From positions 1,312,001-1,376,000 of the forward strand of contig CAWHIJ010000003.1 in the NCBI GenBank assembly GCA_963829525.1: a stretch of 64,000 nt of DNA. The letters are read 5' to 3'. The notes under the pieces are model-generated. The model did no database searches, had not been told where the DNA came from, and saw nothing but the letters and a program-made list of their open reading frames with translations. Source of the DNA: an uncultured Actinomycetota bacterium (lineage in GTDB: Bacteria; Actinomycetota; Actinomycetes; JAHEKZ01). A program made the position numbers and the translations under genes. This document shows positions 28,479-37,271 of this stretch, in pieces. Within the stretch, counting starts at the first letter, position 1. Every line of letters begins with the position of its first letter.

Positions 28479-29165
28479 ATGCATGTGGGTCGAGCTATGG
28501 CCGTGCTGGCGAGCGGGATTGTCGTGGTCGGTATGAGCGCAAGTGCATCGCTGGGCGCGGACGGGGACCGTGCCTACTGGTCATTGGACGAACTCGGAAC
28601 GCCGGCGGTGGCGGAGGATTCGATTGGTGACAACGATGGCACCAACTACGACATTATCGGGACTGGGTCTGGGTACGTTTTCAACGGCACGAGTTCCCGC
28701 GTCGTAGTCCCTAGTGATCCGTCCCTGAACCCTGGTGGGGCCGGCTTCTCGTATGGGGCCACGGTCATCATGGCTGCGAGCCCGCCGCTCGGCGGCAGTG
28801 ACGACATCATTCGAAAAGGCATTACCACCTCTTCTGGGGGCGATTACAAACTTGAGATTGTGGGCACGAAGAACGGGGCGCGTGCCCGTTGTGTTGTCAA
28901 GGACGCCGCAAAGGTTAAAGCGGCGATCCAGGGCACCGTTGAGATCGCAAATGGTGTACCGCACACCATCACCTGCAGCAAGACGTCCACAGGAGTCACC
29001 ATTCGGATCGACAGCACGAAACCGCGTGTCCGGTCTGTGAACAGGCTCGGATCTGTGGCGAACTCGAACAACCTCGGGCTGGGTGCAAAAGCAGAGGCCA
29101 CCGCCCGAACCGGCTTTGACTGGTTCGACGGAACCATGACAGAGGCGTGGGTACGCATCGACTAA
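28479..29165 (+). CDS. secreted LamG/concanavalin A-like domain protein
   Basis: Signal peptide; YWSLDE, FNGTSSRV, FDGTMTE. Confidence 0.75.
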   Translation: MHVGRAMAVLASGIVVVGMSASASLGADGDRAYWSLDELGTPAVAEDSIGDNDGTNYDIIGTGSGYVFNGTSSRVVVPSDPSLNPGGAGFSYGATVIMAASPPLGGSDDIIRKGITTSSGGDYKLEIVGTKNGARARCVVKDAAKVKAAIQGTVEIANGVPHTITCSKTSTGVTIRIDSTKPRVRSVNRLGSVANSNNLGLGAKAEATARTGFDWFDGTMTEAWVRID

Positions 29166-29242
29166 AGACTTCATTGCCGGACGGGAACCATGACGCACGT
29201 AAGTGCATATGGGTCGACCCGCTCCGGGAGTAGGGTCTGAGG

Positions 29243-30712
29243 ATGGTCGATGCGCTCGCAGCGGCAGGCGGAACCGTCCCTTCTGGAGCACAAGCGTCGC
29301 CTGATGACGTGGCATTCTCAGAATTGCTGCGTCAGGCGGCTGACTTGGCGGCAGGATATCGGGCAACCCTGCACGATCGACCGGTGCAGGCCCAGCGGTC
29401 GGCCGACCAAGTGGCACGTGAACTCGGTGACGCGATGCCGAAACAGCCCGTGGAAGCCAGTGAGGTGCTCGCTGAGCTTGCAGCCGCAGTTGACGGCGGG
29501 CTCACATCGACCGCTGGACCGCGGTTCTTCGGCTTCGTCATCGGTGGTTCTCTTCCGGCCGCGACAGCGGCGGACATGCTTGCCACTGGATGGGATCAAT
29601 GCGCGTTCAACGCGGTGCTATCGCCGGCAGCTGCCGCGGCGGAGGCAGTCGCGGGAAACTGGCTGAAGGAGTTGCTATGCCTTCCGAGCGCGGCCTCGGT
29701 TGGCTTCGTGACCGGCGCCCAAGCCGCAAACACGGCTGGACTGGCGGCCGGACGCCACAAGGTCTTGGCAGACCTCGGATGGGACGTGGAGGCCAACGGC
29801 CTTCAGGGCGCCCCCCGGGTGTGCGTGATCGCATCGCAGGAGCGTCACGCCACGATCGATCGGGCGCTGCGGATGCTAGGCCTGGGCAACAGTGCCGTGA
29901 CCCCGGTGGCTGCTGATCCCAATGGCGCCATCGACGTCGCGAACCTGGCCGTTGTGCTCGCCCGCGTTTCCCGCGAAGGCGCCAGCGATCGACACGCCCA
30001 GGCACCGCCGATCGTCTGCTTGCAGGCCGGAAACGTCAACACCGGTGCCTGCGACGAGCTACGCGCCGCTATCACCATCGCTCGTGAGCATGGAGCCTGG
30101 GTCCACGTCGACGGAGCATTCGGGCTGTGGGCCGCAGCAAGCCCCAGAACAAGGCACCTCGTCGACGGTGTCGAGCTCGCCGATTCCTGGGGTTGCGACG
30201 GTCACAAGTGGCTCAACGTGCCATACGACTCAGGGTTCGCCTTCTGCGCGGACCCGAGTATCGCGACCACGGCCATGTCCCTCACCGCTCCGTATCTCAC
30301 CGGATCGGGCATCGTCACCGGCATGAGTGACCTCACTGCCGAATCTTCTCGCCGAGCGCGCGGATTTGCCGCGTGGGCTGCGCTTCGCGAGCAGGGACGT
30401 GACGGCGTCGCGAGCATGATCGATCGAGGATGCGACCTCGCGCAACGCTTCGCAGCCGGCCTGGAAGCAGGCGGCGCCAGAATCGTCAATGACGTGGTCC
30501 TGAACCAAGTACTCGTCGACGTCGGTGACGAGCCCGCGGGAAGAACCGATCGAATCGTCGAGGCTATCCAGCTCGACGGCACCTGCTGGCTGGGCGCCAC
30601 CACCTGGCGCGGCAGCAGGTACCTGCGTGTCAGCGTGTCCAACCACAGCACACGTGAGGCAGACGTCGATCGATCGGTCGCCGCAATCCTTCGGATCGCC
30701 AAGAACAACTGA
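29243..30712 (+). CDS. PLP-dependent decarboxylase (group II)
   Basis: PRFFGFVIGG, HVDGAFG and DGHKWLNVPYD motifs. Confidence 0.9.
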   Translation: MVDALAAAGGTVPSGAQASPDDVAFSELLRQAADLAAGYRATLHDRPVQAQRSADQVARELGDAMPKQPVEASEVLAELAAAVDGGLTSTAGPRFFGFVIGGSLPAATAADMLATGWDQCAFNAVLSPAAAAAEAVAGNWLKELLCLPSAASVGFVTGAQAANTAGLAAGRHKVLADLGWDVEANGLQGAPRVCVIASQERHATIDRALRMLGLGNSAVTPVAADPNGAIDVANLAVVLARVSREGASDRHAQAPPIVCLQAGNVNTGACDELRAAITIAREHGAWVHVDGAFGLWAAASPRTRHLVDGVELADSWGCDGHKWLNVPYDSGFAFCADPSIATTAMSLTAPYLTGSGIVTGMSDLTAESSRRARGFAAWAALREQGRDGVASMIDRGCDLAQRFAAGLEAGGARIVNDVVLNQVLVDVGDEPAGRTDRIVEAIQLDGTCWLGATTWRGSRYLRVSVSNHSTREADVDRSVAAILRIAKNN

Positions 30713-30763
30713 CAACCTCACTGACGTCAGACAGACGCACAAGCGATCACGGAGGGAGTCGAC

Positions 30764-31654
30764 ATGAGAGTTGGCGTACACCTGGTGAACTTCGGTCTTC
30801 CTGCAGGCGCCTCTGCGATTGGACCGACGATGGCCGAGGCCGGCCGTGCGGCGGAGGAAGCCGGTCTGGACAACCTGTCGGTGATGGACCACTACTTCCA
30901 GATGGAGGGCATGGGTCTGGGCGATGCGCAGGCGCCGATGATCGAGGCATACACCACCTTGGGTTTCCTCGCCGCCCACACCAAGACTGTCGAACTCCAG
31001 GCTCTGGTCAGCGGCGTGACCTACCGGTACCCCGGACTGCTCGCGAAGATCGTGACGACCCTCGACGTCCTGTCAGGTGGGCGCGCGATGCTCGGGATCG
31101 GCGCCGCATGGTACGAGCGCGAACACCTCGGCCTCGGGGTTCCGCTGCCTCCGCTGTCCGAGCGCTTCGAGCGGCTGGAGGAGACGCTCCAGATTGTGCT
31201 GCAGATGTGGAGCGACGACGACGGACCCTATGAGGGCGCGCACTACAGCCTCGCAGAGACCATCTGCTCGCCGCCTCCGCTGACTCGTCCGCACCCACCG
31301 ATCATGATCGGCGGTTCGGGTGAGAAGAAGACGTTGCGGCTGGTGGCCAAGTACGCAGACGCATGCAACCTGTTCGCTGGGCCGGACACCGGTGACGCGG
31401 TAAAGGCAAAGCTCGACGTGCTCGACCGCCACTGTACGAACGAGGGCACTGATGTGGCACGCATTCGCAAAACGATCCTGTGGGCGGCGCAGATGGATCC
31501 GACCACGGCCGCCGGCGCTGCTGACTTCGTCGAGCAGATGAAAAGGTACGCCGACCTCGGCATCGTCGAGGTTCACGTCATGCCGTTCGACGACCCGATC
31601 GGCTTCATACGCGGCCTCGGCCAGCATGTCGTCCCGGCCGTCGGCCGCCTCTGA
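30764..31654 (+). CDS. LLM class F420-dependent oxidoreductase
   Basis: VMDHYFQ, LDVLSGGRA.LGIGAAW, IGGSGEKKTLR. Confidence 0.9.
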   Translation: MRVGVHLVNFGLPAGASAIGPTMAEAGRAAEEAGLDNLSVMDHYFQMEGMGLGDAQAPMIEAYTTLGFLAAHTKTVELQALVSGVTYRYPGLLAKIVTTLDVLSGGRAMLGIGAAWYEREHLGLGVPLPPLSERFERLEETLQIVLQMWSDDDGPYEGAHYSLAETICSPPPLTRPHPPIMIGGSGEKKTLRLVAKYADACNLFAGPDTGDAVKAKLDVLDRHCTNEGTDVARIRKTILWAAQMDPTTAAGAADFVEQMKRYADLGIVEVHVMPFDDPIGFIRGLGQHVVPAVGRL

Positions 31655-31804
31655 TGCGTGATGGACGCTGTGTTACTGCCGGTTGCACTGCGTAACCCAC
31701 TACTGCATAAGGGGCCTCGGCTACCGAGCCTGCTTGTTTGACCTCCAGAGCACCGTGCTTGGGACTACGGTGAAAAAAATTTGGTTTCGATTGGGGAGTC
31801 ATCA

Positions 31805-34800
31805 ATGGGTCGGCAAAGCGGACGCATGTGGGCGGCAGCACTGACGAGCATGGCATTGGTGGCGGGGGTGCTGGCGACCGGCGGCGTGGCAAGCGCTGAA
31901 CCTGGCGGCATCGTGATTTCGGAGATCCACTATCACCCCCTGACCGACGTGGACACCGACGAGTTTCTCGAGTTGACGAACACGAGTGCCTCCGCCATCG
32001 ACGTGTCGGGCTGGTCCTTCACCGCAGGCATCACGTCCACGTTCGCTAGTGGATCTGTCATTCCGGCCGGCGGCTACTTCGTGCTCTCACCGAGCCCGAC
32101 TCAGTTTCAGAACATCTATGGGTTTGCGGCCGATGCGAGCTACGCGGGGACGGCCCTCTCCAACGGCGGTGAGCTCCTCACGCTGACAGACGGCGCAAGC
32201 GTTATCGACCAGCTCACCTACGACGACGTCGACCCGTGGCCGACGTCGCCGGACGGTTTTGGCCCTTCCCTGGAGCTGCGCGGGCTCGCGCTGGACAACA
32301 CACAAGCCGCTAACTGGGGTCCCAGTAATGCGAACCTCGGAACCCCTGGGGCCCCGAATTCGATCGACGGCACCGGCCCGTTACCGAAAGCGACGTCGGT
32401 CGTGGCGACGCCGCAGCGCCCCGATCCCAACCAGGCTGTGGTCGTGAGTGCCCGGATGCCCGTCGGGTCCACGGCCACTTTGGGGTACAAGGTCATGTTC
32501 GCCCCGGACGTTTCCGTGCCGTTTCTCGACGACGCCGCGAGCCCGGGGGGTGCTGGAGACGGACAGTACTCCGGGACGATTCCCGGCCAGGCTGCCGGCA
32601 AGCTGGTCCGCTACCGAATCGAAGCGTCCTCTGGCGGAGTCGCCTTCAGCTATCCGGCTGCCGGCGACACCATCGACTACGAGGGAGTAGTGGTCAAGGA
32701 TCCCTCCGTGGTCACCCAGTTGCCGGTTTTCGAGTGGTTCATGGAGGACGCTGTCTATGACGACATACTCGCCAACCACCGTTACGACAACGTGTACGGT
32801 GCGGCTGTCGTCGCGTACGGCGGACAGGTCGTTGACAACGTAGCGATGCGAGTGCGAGGACAAAGCTCTCGAAACAATGCCAAGGTCAATTGGAAGGTAG
32901 ATCTGCCTTCTGGCCACTTCCTCGACATGCGACCCCTGATGCGCTACCCGCTTGACGAGTTTGCACTTCAAGCCGACGTAGTCCCGAAACCGATTCTGGC
33001 GTGGGACACCGTGGGACAAGCCGGCGCCCGACGGCTGGGCATCTTCACTGTACGCACGCAACGCAACGGTTCCTTCTTCAGCGTTGGTGAGGTAATGGAG
33101 ACCGAGGATGGAAGTTGGCGCGGCGATCAAGGCGTCAGCGACTGGTCCATCTACAAGGGTAACTGGGGTGCGCTCACTACGACATCCACCGCGGCCGCGC
33201 TGGAAGCATCAGTGAATGCCGGCTGCTCGCTATGTGAACCCGAGCAGTGGCTGGAAAAGAAAACGCGAGAGAACGAGGACTACACAGACGTCTGGCAACT
33301 CACGCAGGCCGTCGATGCTCCCTACACTCAGCAGCAACGGGAGTGGCTCTTTGCGAACGTGGATGTTCCAGGGATGGTCAACTACATGGCCCTCAACACG
33401 GTCATGCGTCATCAGGACTCCAATCAGAAGAACTGGTGGATCAGTCGCGACAGCGCCGGAACTCTGCGTTGGAACATGTGGCATTGGGACCTGAACCGGA
33501 CCTGGACCACTCTGACCGCCGACAAGGGCGAGTTTTTGTCGCCGGCGAAGGAAAACCGCCTGCTCAACGCCCTCATGACCGACCCGGACATCAGCGCAAT
33601 GTTCTACCGCAGGGTCCGCACCCTTGCCGACCAGTTCCTGGCCCCAGGTGGCTACGAAAACAAATGGGACGCCGAGGTCAATCGCTACCTCTCGGATTGG
33701 ACCCTGGAGCGGGCCAAATGGGGAGGACTGACCCCGGCCGTGGCGCGTGAAAAGTTCATCGCCGTGGTCAACGATCGTCGAACCGTCATCGCAAACAACA
33801 CCGGTCCCGGCAAGCCGGTCCCGACCTCCCAAGCCGCGGCGCCGGATGTCGTGATCAATGAGATCCAATACCAGCCAACAACGGGGACGACCGCTGAGTT
33901 CATCGAGCTGACGAACCCGTCCAGCACCACGTCTGTGGACATCTCGGGTTGGACCATCGATGGGTTGGGGCTCACAATCTCGCCAGGTACCGTCATTCTG
34001 CCTAACGATCACGTGGTGTTCGTCAAGAGTGACGTGGTGTTTCGCCAGACGTACTCGCCTGACAGTCGATTCGTCGGCGGCGAGTACCCAGGTGATTTGA
34101 GCGACGCCGGTGAGACTATCCGCCTGCTCCAGGGGTCCAGAGTCGTTGACGAGGTCACCTACGCACCGACCGCCCCCTGGCCCACCGCGGCCGCCGGATC
34201 GGGCCCGTCACTAGAGCTCGGTGTGACGAGTGCGGACAACGCGTTGCCCTCCAGCTGGAGCGCGACATCGACGACCGGGGGGACTCCCTCAGCCAACAAC
34301 ACCGGCGCCGTGCAGCCCCCTGGCCCTTTGTTCACCGACGTCTTCAACGGGGCGGACGGCAGTGCCTGGGACGCAGCGTGGGGAATCACCGGAACCAACG
34401 GCACAGCAACCATCGCGGCGAATGCCGGTCGCCTAGGGATCACGAACACCAGCGGCGCCTATATTCGTTCGCAGTTGAATGGGGTACCCACAGTCGCTGA
34501 CTCAGAGCTGTTGTTCTCCTACCGTTGGAATAGCACTAGTCCTGGCGCCAACTTCACCGTCTTCCTCCGTGGATCCGGCGGTTGGAGCGGAAAGTTCCGA
34601 CCAAAGAATGGCTATGGTCTCCAGCTCACGCCAAAGTCCAGCACTGTGAGCATCAAGAAGATGGTGAACGGCACCGTTTCCACGCTGGCGAGTACGTCGG
34701 GTGCTCAGCAGGTCGGTACCGGTAAACAGTGGATTCGGCTCCAGGTGGTGGGATCGACCATCCGGTATCGGCTTTGGGCTGATGGCCAGGCAGAACCAGG

Positions 34801-34933
34801 GATCTGGCGCGCATCGGTGACTGACTCCGCGGTGACGGCCAAGGGTCAGGCGTTCCTCTCCCTGGTGCGCGCGAGTACCGCGACCGAAGCGAAGGACGTC
34901 ACCATTGATGACCTCACGCTGAGCAGTCTGTGA
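31805..34933 (+). CDS. secreted lamin-tail-domain/CotH kinase family protein
   Basis: Signal peptide; two LTDs (VISEIHY, VINEIQY); RVRGQSS, KNWW and WDLN CotH motifs. Confidence 0.85.
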   Translation: MGRQSGRMWAAALTSMALVAGVLATGGVASAEPGGIVISEIHYHPLTDVDTDEFLELTNTSASAIDVSGWSFTAGITSTFASGSVIPAGGYFVLSPSPTQFQNIYGFAADASYAGTALSNGGELLTLTDGASVIDQLTYDDVDPWPTSPDGFGPSLELRGLALDNTQAANWGPSNANLGTPGAPNSIDGTGPLPKATSVVATPQRPDPNQAVVVSARMPVGSTATLGYKVMFAPDVSVPFLDDAASPGGAGDGQYSGTIPGQAAGKLVRYRIEASSGGVAFSYPAAGDTIDYEGVVVKDPSVVTQLPVFEWFMEDAVYDDILANHRYDNVYGAAVVAYGGQVVDNVAMRVRGQSSRNNAKVNWKVDLPSGHFLDMRPLMRYPLDEFALQADVVPKPILAWDTVGQAGARRLGIFTVRTQRNGSFFSVGEVMETEDGSWRGDQGVSDWSIYKGNWGALTTTSTAAALEASVNAGCSLCEPEQWLEKKTRENEDYTDVWQLTQAVDAPYTQQQREWLFANVDVPGMVNYMALNTVMRHQDSNQKNWWISRDSAGTLRWNMWHWDLNRTWTTLTADKGEFLSPAKENRLLNALMTDPDISAMFYRRVRTLADQFLAPGGYENKWDAEVNRYLSDWTLERAKWGGLTPAVAREKFIAVVNDRRTVIANNTGPGKPVPTSQAAAPDVVINEIQYQPTTGTTAEFIELTNPSSTTSVDISGWTIDGLGLTISPGTVILPNDHVVFVKSDVVFRQTYSPDSRFVGGEYPGDLSDAGETIRLLQGSRVVDEVTYAPTAPWPTAAAGSGPSLELGVTSADNALPSSWSATSTTGGTPSANNTGAVQPPGPLFTDVFNGADGSAWDAAWGITGTNGTATIAANAGRLGITNTSGAYIRSQLNGVPTVADSELLFSYRWNSTSPGANFTVFLRGSGGWSGKFRPKNGYGLQLTPKSSTVSIKKMVNGTVSTLASTSGAQQVGTGKQWIRLQVVGSTIRYRLWADGQAEPGIWRASVTDSAVTAKGQAFLSLVRASTATEAKDVTIDDLTLSSL

Positions 34934-35188
34934 CGGGCGACCCTGGGCGGCGCGAAGCATGTGCTGGGGATTTGGATCAAAGCTAGCGAATGCGTTAGGT
35001 ACCAGGCCCATTCTGCGCCGATCTGGCAAGCCGTGGATTCGTGACGTCGTGGCAAAACCTTTGTTCATTGCCACAAGACCGGTTGCGCTTTGCTCTTGGA
35101 CCTTGATGCATTTTCCGTCGTCCCGCTCCAACGTGACGTCGCGAATGTCTTCTTGACCCAAGGCGAGCTCCCCCCAACTATCGGCGGG

Positions 35189-36151
35189 TCAGGCCCTGTG
35201 CTGCTTCGAGTAGTAGTCGCGCCACACCAACCGGTGGACGGGAACCCAACGCGGGATCGAGCGCACGCCTGGGATGAATGGGATGAAGATCAGACCCAGG
35301 GACAGCGCAGCCATGATGTAGAAGATGTACGCGTCCGCGTTGGCACCGAACGGCGCGGACTCCTCGTTGTTGAACGGAGGGATCTGATACCAGAACGAGT
35401 AGAGCCAAAGCCACTGCTGGCCCGGGTAGCTCCCCGTCTCGTTCATCATGCCCCAGGTGTCACCCTGAAGGTTGGCTGCGGTTGCCGCGTCATCAAGGTA
35501 GGAGCCGTCGCCCATGAACAGGATCTGCTTGGTGTAGTCGGTTTGGTAGAAGCCGCCCTGCGCCATCAGGATGCCGTCGTAAGCGCCAGACCGACCCATT
35601 GAGAGCAGACCGTTCGCCAGCGTCGGGACGGGACCGTAGTCGCCCGCAGTCAGCTTCGTCAGATCTCCGTCGACATCGGTAATTGCGGTATCGAAGGCCG
35701 TGGCCCACTGTGACTGTTGTTCTGGGGTTGCCGCTTTCCACGCAGCGAGAGCATCAGTGACCTGAGTTGGCTGCTGCTGTGACTCGAGTGGCGTGATGAC
35801 GAAGTCGTTCGCGGGATCGACCGGGATCCGCACACCCATGGCTTTCTGCATATTGATCGGACCAACGGTGAGCCCATTGCCAGCGTTGTTGTAGGGAGGC
35901 CCGTAACTGGCCGACTCACTAGTGCCGGCGAGTACAGCAACGGTCGTGGCAAAGAAGTTGTCAGGAGCCGAGGTGGCCCATCCCTTGAAGGTGAGAGCAG
36001 GTTCGTCCGGTGAGCTGAAGAGTGCCGCCAGGGAAAGCGTCAAAACAGCGACCACAAGGATGGCCACTACGCCCTCCTTGACGATGTCGTAGCGTCGAGT
36101 TGGCCCGGTCCAGGGAACAGAGGCGATGTCGTTGTCCTGGTGGCGTTTCAT
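35189..36151 (-). CDS. membrane protein partner of cytochrome b (subunit IV-like, with large extracytoplasmic insert)
   Basis: N- and C-terminal TM helices; coupled to the cytochrome b gene. Confidence 0.65.
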   Translation of the reverse strand: MKRHQDNDIASVPWTGPTRRYDIVKEGVVAILVVAVLTLSLAALFSSPDEPALTFKGWATSAPDNFFATTVAVLAGTSESASYGPPYNNAGNGLTVGPINMQKAMGVRIPVDPANDFVITPLESQQQPTQVTDALAAWKAATPEQQSQWATAFDTAITDVDGDLTKLTAGDYGPVPTLANGLLSMGRSGAYDGILMAQGGFYQTDYTKQILFMGDGSYLDDAATAANLQGDTWGMMNETGSYPGQQWLWLYSFWYQIPPFNNEESAPFGANADAYIFYIMAALSLGLIFIPFIPGVRSIPRWVPVHRLVWRDYYSKQHRA

Positions 36152-36861
36152 GACTGAACCTCAGCCTCTGGGGCGTCGACGACGACCTGCTCCTGCGGGG
36201 GAGCCGCTGCATCGATGGGTGGAACGATTCCGTGCTTGCGGACGAGCAGGACGTGCATGACGATGAGTGCGCCAAGCACGAGAGGAAGCAGGCATACATG
36301 CAGAAGCAGTGTCTGCCCGAGGTTGGCGACGTTAAACCAGGCGCCTATGCCAACAGTGTTTAGCCCGTCCTTCGCCTCGAACGAGATCCACTGGGAGTCG
36401 AAGTTGGTCTGGACCAGGTATCCGGTGAAGGCGGTACCAATCGACGCGATGAAGGCGACGGCACCGGTGATCCACGTCATCGCCCGGCGGCCTCGCCAGG
36501 CAGCCATCCAGAACTTCCCCCATAGATGCACCACCATGAACACGAAGAAGAGTTGAACGCTCCAGAAGTGCAGGCTGTTGGTGAAGAGTCCGAGCGACGA
36601 GGTGTGGTACCAGGCTGGACCTTCGAAGGACAGGACGAGCCCAGAGGCGATGATCATGACGAGGGCGGCAATCGTCAGGACGCCGAACACGTAGATCCAC
36701 GACGCCATGTAGGCGGGCTGTCGCGCAGGGAGGAGTTTCTCCGGTGGGAACGTGCCGAAGAACTTGCGCCGAACTGCGACCGTCCAGGATCCAGTTTCGG
36801 CCGGGTCTTGCAGGGACTCGCCGACGGGTCCGTCGACAGGAGGCTGCTCGACGGTGGTCAT
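36148..36861 (-). CDS. cytochrome b/b6 N-terminal domain protein
   Basis: Four TM helices with four heme His (SLHFW..VVHLW; LLHVC..VMHVL); TWITG and FTGY motifs. Confidence 0.88.
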   Translation of the reverse strand: MTTVEQPPVDGPVGESLQDPAETGSWTVAVRRKFFGTFPPEKLLPARQPAYMASWIYVFGVLTIAALVMIIASGLVLSFEGPAWYHTSSLGLFTNSLHFWSVQLFFVFMVVHLWGKFWMAAWRGRRAMTWITGAVAFIASIGTAFTGYLVQTNFDSQWISFEAKDGLNTVGIGAWFNVANLGQTLLLHVCLLPLVLGALIVMHVLLVRKHGIVPPIDAAAPPQEQVVVDAPEAEVQS

Positions 36862-37037
36862 GACTCGTCCTTCCCCTTAGGGAACGGCAACACGAGGGCC
36901 AGGACAAAGAGCAGCAGCATGAGAAGGATGACCACCAGGTTGCCGATCGAGACCTGTATGAATCCCCAGACCAGATAGTGGGCCGGCTGGTTCAGGTCAC
37001 CCAGCAGGGCGGCGGTGAATGCCATCATCATGGGCAT
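36858..37037 (-). CDS. small membrane protein
   Basis: Single TM (GNLVVILLMLLLFVLALVLPFP); stop overlaps the cytochrome b start. Confidence 0.75.
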   Translation of the reverse strand: MPMMMAFTAALLGDLNQPAHYLVWGFIQVSIGNLVVILLMLLLFVLALVLPFPKGKDES

Positions 37038-37271
37038 GGCCAACTCCAAATGAGTTGAGCGGCCGGTCCTGAGTGGGCCTGCGTCGTTCCACGGTCTCAG
37101 AGTCACGAACGCAAATCCGCAGGCCTAGGGCACTTGTGTTGCGCCCCGACCTATGCGGTGCGACTGGGCAATTGAACAGGAACACCCGCTTCTTGGTCGT
37201 CTGATCGGTATCGTCACCGGAAGTGACCGCTGTGATTGCCAGCGGCCCCCTCAGATCCAAAGGACAGCAGC

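Noticed and set aside
29646-29656. 11-nt match (CAGTCGCGGGA) to the tRNA-Asn 3' end as a possible att site
   Set aside because: Short, inside an intact CDS and expected by chance
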